Source: Minisyncoccota bacterium (GTDB taxonomy: Bacteria; Patescibacteriota; Minisyncoccia; Phycocordibacterales; UBA1550). Taken from it: a stretch of DNA of 64,000 nucleotides. The DNA lies in assembly GCA_023229865.1 (NCBI GenBank), contig JALNYL010000002.1:27577-91576 (forward strand). The letters run 5' to 3'. How positions within the stretch are numbered: the stretch's first letter is position 1; each line of letters starts with the position of its first letter. Of this stretch, positions 54,413 to 64,000 are shown one piece after another. Position numbers and translations under genes: made by a program. The notes under the pieces were generated by a model. It saw only the letters and a list, made by a program, of their open reading frames with translations. It ran no database searches and was not told the DNA's origin.

Positions 54413-55597
54413 ATGACAAACGAAGAGAAAATCGATGAAATATTGACGCGTGGTGTTGCAGAAGTTATCCACAAGGATGACCTGCGCGCAAAACTCCTCA
54501 AAGGGGAACCCCTTCGTATTAAATTTGGGACTGATCCTACAAGCCCCAATATTCACCTCGGTCGCGCAACGTCGATTTGGAAACTCCGCGAACTCCAAGA
54601 CCTCGGACACACCATTGTTTTTATTATTGGCGATTTTACGGGGGTTATCGGTGATACTTCCGACAAAGACAGCGAGCGCCCAATGCTTTCTCGTGAGGCA
54701 GTAGAAAAGAACCTCGAAACTTACTTTGAGCAGGTTGGGAAAATCCTCGATATGAGTAAGGTGGAAAAACACCGAAATACCGAGTGGCTCGAAAAACTTA
54801 ATTACCGAGAAATCACCGAACACGCAGACGTTTTTTCTCTTTCTGATTTTATTTCTCGCGAAAACATCAAAAAGCGCCTCGATGAAGGAAAGCGCGTTTC
54901 GCTTCGCGAACTTTTGTACCCACTTATGCAGGGGTATGACAGTGTTGCTATTGATGCAGATCTCGAAATCGGCGGGACCGATCAAAAGTTTAATCTCCTT
55001 GCCGGACGTAAACTTCAGGAGCGTTTCAATAAGGAGCCACAGAACATCATGATGCTTAATATCATCGAAGGCCTCGATGGTCGCAAGATGAGTTCAAGTT
55101 GGGGAAACACTATTAATCTCACTGACACCGCAAACGATATATTTGGAAAGGTGATGAGTTTGCGCGATGAGCTCATCGTGAAATATTTTGAACACGCAAC
55201 ACGTGTGCCGATGGAGCGCGTACAAGAAGCAGAAGCAGCGCTCGGTCGCGGAGAGAATCCTCGCGATGTGAAACTCGACCTCGCAGAAGAAATCGTCGCA
55301 ATGTATTACGGACGTGACGAAGCGCTTCGCGCACGTGAATCATTTCTCGCGACGTTTCAGAAAAAAGAAATTCCTGACGACATCGAAGAAATAAAAGGAG
55401 AAGGAAAACTCGGAGAACTTTTAAAAGCAAAAGAAATTGTTTCGTCGATGACTGACTGGCGTCGTCTTGTGGGAGAAGGTGCGGTAAAGATTCTTAAAGA
55501 AGGTGGTGTTGAAGAAAAAATCACCGACGATACCGTTCTCGCAACTCCTGGTGTATACAAAATAGGGAAGCGAAGATTTGTGAAGATTGTTGAGTAA
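54413..55597 (+). CDS. tyrS: Tyrosyl-tRNA synthetase (archaeal/eukaryal-like type)
   Basis: 394 aa. Class-I HIGH-like NIHLGRA. KMSSS motif (KMSSSWGN), as in archaeal-type TyrRS. C-terminal extension. Confidence 0.65.
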   Translation: MTNEEKIDEILTRGVAEVIHKDDLRAKLLKGEPLRIKFGTDPTSPNIHLGRATSIWKLRELQDLGHTIVFIIGDFTGVIGDTSDKDSERPMLSREAVEKNLETYFEQVGKILDMSKVEKHRNTEWLEKLNYREITEHADVFSLSDFISRENIKKRLDEGKRVSLRELLYPLMQGYDSVAIDADLEIGGTDQKFNLLAGRKLQERFNKEPQNIMMLNIIEGLDGRKMSSSWGNTINLTDTANDIFGKVMSLRDELIVKYFEHATRVPMERVQEAEAALGRGENPRDVKLDLAEEIVAMYYGRDEALRARESFLATFQKKEIPDDIEEIKGEGKLGELLKAKEIVSSMTDWRRLVGEGAVKILKEGGVEEKITDDTVLATPGVYKIGKRRFVKIVE

Positions 55598-55653
55598 TTA
55601 AAAAGAAAAAGCGCGCGACCAAAATTGGTCGCGCGCTTTTTCTTTTTAATTAC
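55596..55653. terminator. Stop-to-stop perfect palindrome / bidirectional terminator
   Basis: TAAttaaaaagaaaaagcgcgcgacc-aaaatt-ggtcgcgcgctttttctttttaaTTA. Overlaps the tyrS stop and the stop of the acidic minus-strand ORF. Confidence 0.65.
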
Positions 55654-55814
55654 TCAATCTCGCTTGAAGCAAATTCTTCCCCCATACCCATTTCCTCGTC
55701 TTCAACCAAAAGGTCGTCATCAAGGTCAAGATCGAGAGCATCATCGCCGAAATCGAGATCATCGTCACCGAGATCGATCATTGCATCATCAAGTACTTCT
55801 TCTTCGTCGGACAT
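55650..55814 (-). CDS. Small highly acidic protein (54 aa)
   Basis: Not in the ORF track. Reverse-complement translation MSDEEEVLDDAMIDLGDDDLDFGDDALDLDLDDDLLVEDEEMGMGEEFASSEIE. Starts at 55812-55814 and ends at the palindromic terminator. Confidence 0.4.
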   Translation of the reverse strand: MSDEEEVLDDAMIDLGDDDLDFGDDALDLDLDDDLLVEDEEMGMGEEFASSEIE

Positions 55815-55996
55815 AGTTTGTATTTAAATTAAGAGCCCGAGCCCTCTTAAATCCAGGAACGGGTACCCATAGTTGTAACAAAAAGTTTTTTTCTGTGCAA
55901 CCCTATTTTTTTGAATATGTGGATAACTTGTGGAAAGAGAAAAACTCCCAAAATACCATTGCAAAACATAGACATTTTCAGTCTCTTTGTTTGGAG

Positions 55997-56482
55997 CTAG
56001 TGAGTATTTGTTGGGCGTGAGTACGCAAAGTGGGTTAGTCCAATAGCAATCGCGTCCATTTCGTCGTCTTGTTTGATGTTTTCAGCCCCCATAACGAGTT
56101 TTTTGACCATTGTCATTACCTGAATCTTTGTTGCTTTACCATACCCCGTTGTGGCCACTTTGATTTGGAGGGGGGTATATTCATAAATTTCAAGACCAGA
56201 CTTTTTTGCTTGATAGAGAATCGCTCCGCGCGCCTCCGCAACGCGCATCGCTGTCTTTTGATTGGTTTCAATAAAAAGATTTTCAATAGCAAGAGCCTTT
56301 GGCTCGTACTCATTAATGACACGCTCAACCTCGCCGCCTAAAAGTAGAAGACGCTCAAAAAAAGAAAGAGATGCTTTTGTTTTAAAACATTCAGAAAAAA
56401 GTAAAATTTCTTTACCGTTTATTTTTTCGAGAACAGCGATACCAATACGCTCGTATCCTGGGTCAATAGAAATGATTCTCAT
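55997..56482 (-). CDS. ruvC: Crossover junction endodeoxyribonuclease RuvC
   Basis: 161 aa. MRIISIDPGYERIGIAVLE (catalytic Asp7/Glu). LLGGEVERVINEYEP. Confidence 0.85.
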   Translation of the reverse strand: MRIISIDPGYERIGIAVLEKINGKEILLFSECFKTKASLSFFERLLLLGGEVERVINEYEPKALAIENLFIETNQKTAMRVAEARGAILYQAKKSGLEIYEYTPLQIKVATTGYGKATKIQVMTMVKKLVMGAENIKQDDEMDAIAIGLTHFAYSRPTNTH

Positions 56483-56539
56483 GGTTTAATTTTAACATAA
56501 AACAAAAAATCCGAGCGTGTCTCGGATTTTTTATATTAC

Positions 56540-57070
56540 TTAGTCTGCGTTTGTGTACACCTCTTGGATGTCATCATGATCGTCAAGTTCCTCAAGGAGG
56601 CTGCCGAGAGATTCACCGTCTTCGTCAGAGAGAGGAGTGATTGTGTTTGGCTCATACCCTTCAGCTGTTTTGGTAAATGCCCACACCGCAGCCCCTTGTC
56701 CTGCGAGGGCGAGTCCGCGTTTTGAGAAAATGTGTTTCACTTCAGCGACGGTGCGATTTTTGTTGTCAGTGAGACCTTCCATTACGATTGCGCATCCACC
56801 GGGACCATATGCTTCAAAAAGTACTGGCTCCATGTTTCCCGCATCACCACCCGCTCCTTTTTTAACAGCGCGCTCAATGAGCTCTTTTTGCATGTTTTCT
56901 TTCTTTGCACGCTCAATGACCGCGGCAAGCCCAGGAGAACTAAGGTTCCCCTCAGCCTTCTTTGACTCGAGTGCAATAAGTTTTGAGTACTTTCCAAAGA
57001 TTTTACTGCGCTTTCCGTCGGTTACCGCCTTTTTATTCTTGATCTGTGACCACTTATTATGTCCTGACAT
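56540..57070 (-). CDS. YebC/PmpR-family protein, short form (lacks central domain)
   Basis: MSGHNKWSQIKNKKAVTDGKRSKIF and C-terminal DDIQEVYTNAD match the YebC termini. 176 aa versus ~240 typical. Confidence 0.6.
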   Translation of the reverse strand: MSGHNKWSQIKNKKAVTDGKRSKIFGKYSKLIALESKKAEGNLSSPGLAAVIERAKKENMQKELIERAVKKGAGGDAGNMEPVLFEAYGPGGCAIVMEGLTDNKNRTVAEVKHIFSKRGLALAGQGAAVWAFTKTAEGYEPNTITPLSDEDGESLGSLLEELDDHDDIQEVYTNAD

Positions 57071-57192
57071 GTTATTTTTCGAATTATTCCCCTAGCATAC
57101 CCGAAACTAAAAAAAATAAAACCCCTGCATTATACACACCGTTATGTCACAAGACTCTTGCAGGGGGAGGTAATCAAAGGTAAACTAATCTT

Positions 57193-57534
57193 GTGGAACC
57201 AGAACAAACAAGTAAGAAGTTTTTAGTAATTCCCCTTGGCGTGGTCGTGCTCATTGTTGCAGCATTGGTGGTTCTTTGGACCAACAGCGCAGATGCTCCT
57301 CTTAATACAGAAACCAAGGAAGAAGTAGTCATTCCTAAAGTAGAAAGAATCTACACCGAAGCAGAAAAGCTACAAATCCTCGCCGACATCGCATCTTCAT
57401 CACAAAAAGACACAACCACCACAGCACAAGACCTCAAAACACTTCAAAATCTTTCAAAAACAGCCCCTCCTGACAAAACGTCAACCGAGGAAAAGCTCCG
57501 CATCCTCGAGTCCCTTAGTTCTGGTTCAAACTAA
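57193..57534 (+). CDS. Hypothetical single-TM protein
   Basis: 113 aa. TM FLVIPLGVVVLIVAALVVLW. Immediately upstream of the tail-collar protein. Confidence 0.4.
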   Translation: MEPEQTSKKFLVIPLGVVVLIVAALVVLWTNSADAPLNTETKEEVVIPKVERIYTEAEKLQILADIASSSQKDTTTTAQDLKTLQNLSKTAPPDKTSTEEKLRILESLSSGSN

Positions 57535-57552
57535 TTAATTAATTCAACAATC

Positions 57553-58677
57553 ATGAAACATCAAATTGCCACCGTCCTCAAAATCTCATCACTTGCGCTC
57601 GTTCTTTCCCTTGGTCTTTCCTACGCTCTCGCCTGGACTCCACCTACTTCAAACCCACCAAGTGGCAACGTTGCTGCCCCTATCAACGCAAGTGCAACCG
57701 CACAAGAAAAGCTTGGTGACCTTACCCTCAGCAGACTCTTCACAACCGCTTCTTCAAGTATTGGTACTACGGCACAGACACAGACACTCACGGTTGCAGG
57801 AACCATTGGTGCGACAGGAGATATTTGTACGGCGGTGGGCGGAGGATCGTGTTTGAGTACGGCGGGAGGAGGGCTTATTGACCCAACACCAATCGGCTCC
57901 GTGGCTTCATTCGCAGGCTCAGTTGCTCCAAGTGGCTACCTCATCTGTGATGGTACTGCAGTATCTCGTACTACCTACGCGTCACTCTTTGCGGTGATTG
58001 GTACAACATATGGTGCAGGCAACGGCTCAACCACTTTCAACCTCCCTGATCTTCGAGGAGAGTTTATTCGTGGGCTTGATAAAGGTCGTGGAATTGATGC
58101 GGGGCGTGCGCTCGGTAGCTGGCAGGCTGATTTACTCAAGAGTCATACCCATACCGCATACGTTATTGCGCCAGGAGGTGGTTATGGTCCGTATTCTAAC
58201 ATTATGGGGCCTCAAACAATCACCACTTCTGCTACGGGGGGAGCTGAAACTCGCCCTCGCAACGTTGCGATGAACTATGTGATTAAGGCCCTCAACAACA
58301 GTGAGATGGTGCTCATGGCTACATCAACGGTCGCTTCACTTATTCCTGCAGGTGCGGTTATGCATTTCGACCTTGCAACGTGTCCTACTGGGTGGTTGCC
58401 CGCAAACGGAACAGGAGGAACGGTAGATCTCCGTGGAGAGTTCATCCGCGGTCTCGATAGTGGGCGTGGGGTGGATGCTGGGCGTACCCTTGCGAGTGCA
58501 CAAGGACAAGCTATTCAGAGTCACACCCACACATTTACAGCACAGATTTCTGGTATCTATACATACTCAAATGTTGGAGGAACGCAGGGGACCCAACAAG
58601 GAGGCACGACTGCGGCTACTGGCGGCACGGAAACTCGCCCTCGCAACGTTGCACTCCTTGCGTGTGTGAAGTCGTAG
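57553..58677 (+). CDS. Secreted protein with two phage tail-collar (MdpB-like) domains
   Basis: Signal peptide. Repeat 1: GYLICDGTAVSRTTYASLFAVIGTTYGAGNGSTTFNLPDLRGEFIRGLDKGRG. Repeat 2: GWLPANGTGGTVDLRGEFIRGLDSGRGVDAGRTLASAQGQAIQSHTH. Both are the classic Phage_tail_collar pattern. Confidence 0.75.
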   Translation: MKHQIATVLKISSLALVLSLGLSYALAWTPPTSNPPSGNVAAPINASATAQEKLGDLTLSRLFTTASSSIGTTAQTQTLTVAGTIGATGDICTAVGGGSCLSTAGGGLIDPTPIGSVASFAGSVAPSGYLICDGTAVSRTTYASLFAVIGTTYGAGNGSTTFNLPDLRGEFIRGLDKGRGIDAGRALGSWQADLLKSHTHTAYVIAPGGGYGPYSNIMGPQTITTSATGGAETRPRNVAMNYVIKALNNSEMVLMATSTVASLIPAGAVMHFDLATCPTGWLPANGTGGTVDLRGEFIRGLDSGRGVDAGRTLASAQGQAIQSHTHTFTAQISGIYTYSNVGGTQGTQQGGTTAATGGTETRPRNVALLACVKS

Positions 58678-58683
58678 TTAAAA

Positions 58684-58750
58684 TCTAAGTAAATACAAAA
58701 AGAGGGGGCGGTCGCATAGCGACCGCCCCCTCTTTTTGTATTTACTTAGA
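58684..58750. terminator. Palindromic bidirectional terminator (33-bp arms)
   Basis: tctaagtaaatacaaaaagagggggcggtcgc-ata-gcgaccgccccctctttttgtatttacttaga. Confidence 0.65.
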
Positions 58751-58952
58751 TTACCTGAATCTTTGTGTGCTTTCCTACCTTCATGCACTTGGTGCAGATC
58801 TTGATACGTGAGCCATCAGCGAGAGGTGCCCACTGAAGATTAGGGTACTTACGCTTGTTTCCCGTAGGATTGAATTTTGTTGCGCGGACGCGATTTGAGT
58901 AGTGACCTACAATGATCGTACCCTTTCCGCAAGTTGGACAGACTTTTGCCAT
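58746..58952 (-). CDS. rpmB: 50S ribosomal protein L28
   Basis: 68 aa, basic. MAKVCPTCGKG..NRVRATKFNP..CTKCMK pattern of zinc-ribbon L28. Confidence 0.7.
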   Translation of the reverse strand: MAKVCPTCGKGTIIVGHYSNRVRATKFNPTGNKRKYPNLQWAPLADGSRIKICTKCMKVGKHTKIQVI

Positions 58953-59000
58953 AAATGTATTTATTAACTAGTCGGCTTATGCTATCATATATTTTACATT

Positions 59001-59627
59001 ATGCAAGTCGAAACACTCTTTTTTCTCATAATCCTCATATTTTCTATTATTATCCACGAGATTGCTCACGGATATATGGCCGAATGGTTTGGGGATCCGA
59101 CGGCTCGTCTTGCGGGACGCCTCACGCTCAACCCAGTTCCCCACATTGATCCTTTAGGCTCGATAATCCTCCCAGCCCTCATGCTTCTTGGCTCGGGTGG
59201 CTCTTTTGCCTTTGGTTGGGCGAAACCAGTGCCCTACAACCCTTATAACTTAAGGAATTTTAAGTGGGGGACGATTTTTGTGGGAGTTGCGGGGGTTCTT
59301 GCGAATCTCCTCCTTGCCCTCATTTTTGGCTTGATGCTCCGCTACAACGTTGAGCTCGGAATCGAAGTGGGGCCATTTACGCAAATGCTTGGCACTATTG
59401 TGTATCTCAATATTGTCCTCGCGGTCTTTAATATGATTCCATTCCCGCCACTCGACGGAGCGAAGGTGCTTTTTACCCTTCTTCCTTATCGTTTTCAGAA
59501 AATCCACGATTACTTGGAAGCAAATTGGCTCATTTTCATTGTTTTTGTAGTATTTTTTGCCTCAACGATAATTTCCCCCATCTCAAGTCTACTTTTTAGA
59601 GTGATTACGGGAGTGGGTTTGTTCTAG
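59001..59627 (+). CDS. M50-family (site-2 protease-like) membrane metallopeptidase
   Basis: 208 aa. HExxH HEIAHGYMAEWFGD followed by LNPVPHIDPLG. Multiple TM helices. Confidence 0.75.
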   Translation: MQVETLFFLIILIFSIIIHEIAHGYMAEWFGDPTARLAGRLTLNPVPHIDPLGSIILPALMLLGSGGSFAFGWAKPVPYNPYNLRNFKWGTIFVGVAGVLANLLLALIFGLMLRYNVELGIEVGPFTQMLGTIVYLNIVLAVFNMIPFPPLDGAKVLFTLLPYRFQKIHDYLEANWLIFIVFVVFFASTIISPISSLLFRVITGVGLF

Positions 59628-59717
59628 AGTTTTTGCTTTTGACTTGCAATTTTTCCAGCGCCATAGTAGAGTAGTCAGCACATGAGCCGTCTGATAGGCG
59701 GTTCCTTAATTTAACAT

Positions 59718-60149
59718 ATGCCAACAGTAAATCAGCTCGTAAAGAACCCTCGCAAGACACTTCGCAAGAAGAGTCGTTCTATTGCGCTTGGAAAAAGCTT
59801 CAACAGCATTTTGAACAAGCCAGTTTTCCACAACTCACCATTTAAGCGTGGTGTTTGCACAAAGGTAACAACCACAACCCCAAAGAAGCCTAACTCAGCG
59901 CTTCGTAAGATTGCCCGCGTTCGCCTTACCAACGGTATGGAAGTAACCGCGTACATTCCAGGTATGGGTCACAAGCTCCAGGAACACTCAGTGGTTATGA
60001 TCCGTGGAGGTCGCGTAAAGGACCTTGGTGGAGTTCGTTACCACATCGTTCGTGGTGTCCTCGACGCAACACCAGTTGAAAAGCGTATGAAGGGACGCAG
60101 CCAGTACGGTGCAAAGCGCCCAAAGGCAGGAGCAGCAGCAAAGAAGTAA
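59718..60149 (+). CDS. rpsL: 30S ribosomal protein S12 (with C-terminal basic extension)
   Basis: [38 protein letters not shown]. Followed by the terminator hairpin at 60158-60200. Confidence 0.95.
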   Translation: MPTVNQLVKNPRKTLRKKSRSIALGKSFNSILNKPVFHNSPFKRGVCTKVTTTTPKKPNSALRKIARVRLTNGMEVTAYIPGMGHKLQEHSVVMIRGGRVKDLGGVRYHIVRGVLDATPVEKRMKGRSQYGAKRPKAGAAAKK

Positions 60150-60407
60150 ATCTCAGGTAAAAGTAAAGAGCGGCCGCAAGGCCGCTCTTTACTTTTTGGG
60201 GCTTCTGAGGTAGTATCTCCTTACTCTTTAGTTTAGAGTATGCAGGCACTTACTGGAATAAACATTTTGTGGAGTACCCTTGCTTGCGGGAATAGCACAC
60301 AAAAGTAGTCACTAGAAGTTAGGTCTTAGTAAATAGAGAAAATTCGTTAAGCGGATTTTTCGGTATTAACTATTTGCTATCTACTATTGGCTAATAACTA
60401 ATTAAAC

Positions 60408-60878
60408 ATGCGAAGAAAAGTAAAAAATCGAAATATTCCTGGCGAGGACCTCGTGTACAAGTCAGAGAAAGTTTCAAAGCTCATCAACTATGTGATGGAG
60501 CGTGGAAAGAAGAACACCGCACGTACTATTGTGTACAGTGCTTTTGATATCCTTAAGGCAAAGAAGCCAGAGCTCGAACCACTTGAGGTTTTTGAACTCG
60601 CGCTCAAGAACACAGGTCCTCTTATGGAGATTCGTTCACGCCGTGTGGGTGGAGCAAACTATCAGGTGCCTCACGAGGTTCGCCCAGAGCGCCGCTTCGC
60701 ACTCTCAATGCGATGGGTTCTTGCTGCTGCAAAGGCAAAGAAGGGTCGCCCAATGCACGAGAAGCTCGCAGATGAGATTCTCGCAGCAAGTAACAACGAA
60801 GGCGAGGCAGTGAAGAAGAAGGACAACGTGCACAAGATGGCAGAGGCTAACAAGGCCTTCGCTCACTTCGCTTGGTAG
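60408..60878 (+). CDS. rpsG: 30S ribosomal protein S7
   Basis: 156 aa. VMERGKKNTARTIVYSA..GGANYQVPHEVRPERR. Confidence 0.95.
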   Translation: MRRKVKNRNIPGEDLVYKSEKVSKLINYVMERGKKNTARTIVYSAFDILKAKKPELEPLEVFELALKNTGPLMEIRSRRVGGANYQVPHEVRPERRFALSMRWVLAAAKAKKGRPMHEKLADEILAASNNEGEAVKKKDNVHKMAEANKAFAHFAW

Positions 60879-61073
60879 TCAGCTTTTAATTTTGACGCAT
60901 TGCTTTGTTGCCTGCGCATGCGAACTCACTCGTAGTACTGATGTACAACTCGCGAGTATCACACGCTAGGCGCCTCGCACTGTATTCAAAATAAAAAGCT
61001 TTGAATTTTTGTGTCGACAATTAATATTTGTCATTCAAACTTAAAAATTAATTAAAAGATAATACCTATTATT

Positions 61074-63218
<2,145 letters not shown>

Positions 63219-63353
63219 TCTCAATTTACACAAAAAAACCGCCATCGAAAGATGGCGGTTTTTTTTGTTGGTTATCCACAGGAGTTTTGCTTCCTCGCTT
63301 TATTTTTTACCCACTGTGCTACAATAAGATTATTATATAATCAAAATACCGAT

Positions 63354-63728
63354 ATGACTGAACTAAACAAAAAATTGCTGATTGTTGAAGATGACGAGCA
63401 TGTAGCAAAGGTCTACGATGTAAAATTCTCTAAAGAAGGATATCAGACAGTTTTTGCTACCAACGGCGAAGACGCAATCGCAAAAATAACTACCGAAAAG
63501 CCCGACCTCATTATTCTCGACCTTATGATGCCCCTAAAGGATGGTTTTGGCGTTCTTGAAGAAATCAAGAAAAACCCAGACCTTGCAAGGATTCCTGTCA
63601 TTGTTCTCTCAAATCTTGGACAGCCGTCTGATCAAGAGCGAGCTCTCGCACTAGGAGCGAATGAATATTTGGTAAAAGTAAATTATTCAATGCAGGAAGT
63701 GGTAGACAAGGTAAAAAGTTATTTATAG
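63354..63728 (+). CDS. Stand-alone response-regulator receiver (REC) protein
   Basis: KKLLIVEDD..DLIILDLMMPLKDGFGV..IPVIVLSNLGQ. Paralogous to the REC at 3885-4349. A DnaA-box-like GGTTATCCACAGG lies ~80 nt upstream. Start is at the ATG at 63354. Confidence 0.8.
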   Translation: MTELNKKLLIVEDDEHVAKVYDVKFSKEGYQTVFATNGEDAIAKITTEKPDLIILDLMMPLKDGFGVLEEIKKNPDLARIPVIVLSNLGQPSDQERALALGANEYLVKVNYSMQEVVDKVKSYL

Positions 63729-63751
63729 AGATATTATTAACAACAACGAAT

Positions 63752-64000
63752 ATGAAAATATTGGCATCAACTATTGAAAAATTATTCACACCGTACGTGC
63801 TTATTGCGCTTAACGTTGCAATAATTCTCCTTGCTGAATTTGCTGGTGGAGGCACATTTTTTGCGGCGACAGGACTCGCATATCTTATCGCCGTTCTTTT
63901 TGTTGGGCTCATTATTGTTCGTATTTTTTCGGACTACGCCTTTAGTGACTATATTCTTAAGGGGTTTTTAAAGATTCAGCTCACATTCCTCCTCTTTTTA
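63752..64000 (+). CDS. Hypothetical membrane protein, 5' part (runs off the window)
   Basis: MKILASTIEKLFTPYVLIALNVAIILLAEF... is hydrophobic and continues in frame to the window end. Confidence 0.35.
   Translation, partial: MKILASTIEKLFTPYVLIALNVAIILLAEFAGGGTFFAATGLAYLIAVLFVGLIIVRIFSDYAFSDYILKGFLKIQLTFLLFL

Overview
The window reads as a chromosomal segment of a small-genome, Patescibacteria/CPR-like bacterium. That placement is an inference from gene content: split VirB4, archaeal-type TyrRS, a truncated YebC, many short secreted hypotheticals, and largely SD-less starts. Overall GC is roughly mid-40s % (estimated by eye, not computed). About 70 genes are called. Conserved genes include rny, hup, a sensor kinase with two stand-alone REC proteins, a CDF transporter, the CCA-adding enzyme, xth, xerC/D, rpsO, comM, uvrD/pcrA, rsmA, PBP1A, tyrS, ruvC, a yebC-like gene, rpmB, rpsL-rpsG-fusA, and the replication origin module (yidC-yidD-rnpA-rpmH divergent from dnaA-oriC-dnaN). 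Four tRNAs lie on the minus strand: Gly-UCC, Pro-UGG, Gly-GCC and Arg-UCG. The most interesting content is at ~35.2-46.9 kb. It is a type-IV-secretion-like membrane apparatus: a VirB6/TrbL-like polytopic protein, a PrgI/VirB3-like protein, a VirB4 ATPase encoded as two ORFs, a pilin-like protein and several secreted proteins. A GC-rich, apparently foreign secreted-protein gene is inserted in it on the opposite strand. Three of the four tRNAs (all but tRNA-Pro) are followed by a long perfect palindrome that duplicates the tRNA's own 3' end in inverted orientation. The two tRNA-Gly genes additionally carry a ~160-215 bp repeat whose ends copy the tRNA acceptor arm. Several convergent gene pairs are separated by perfect palindromes that run from stop codon to stop codon. 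Three GC-rich islets look horizontally acquired: an Xre/DUF2384 antitoxin-like orphan, an 80-aa ORF, and the secreted protein inside the T4SS-like cluster. There is also a second DnaA-box cluster with a triple repeat, a ~1000-aa repeat protein, and a double tail-collar-domain protein. No CRISPR array, rRNA, IS element or transposase was seen.
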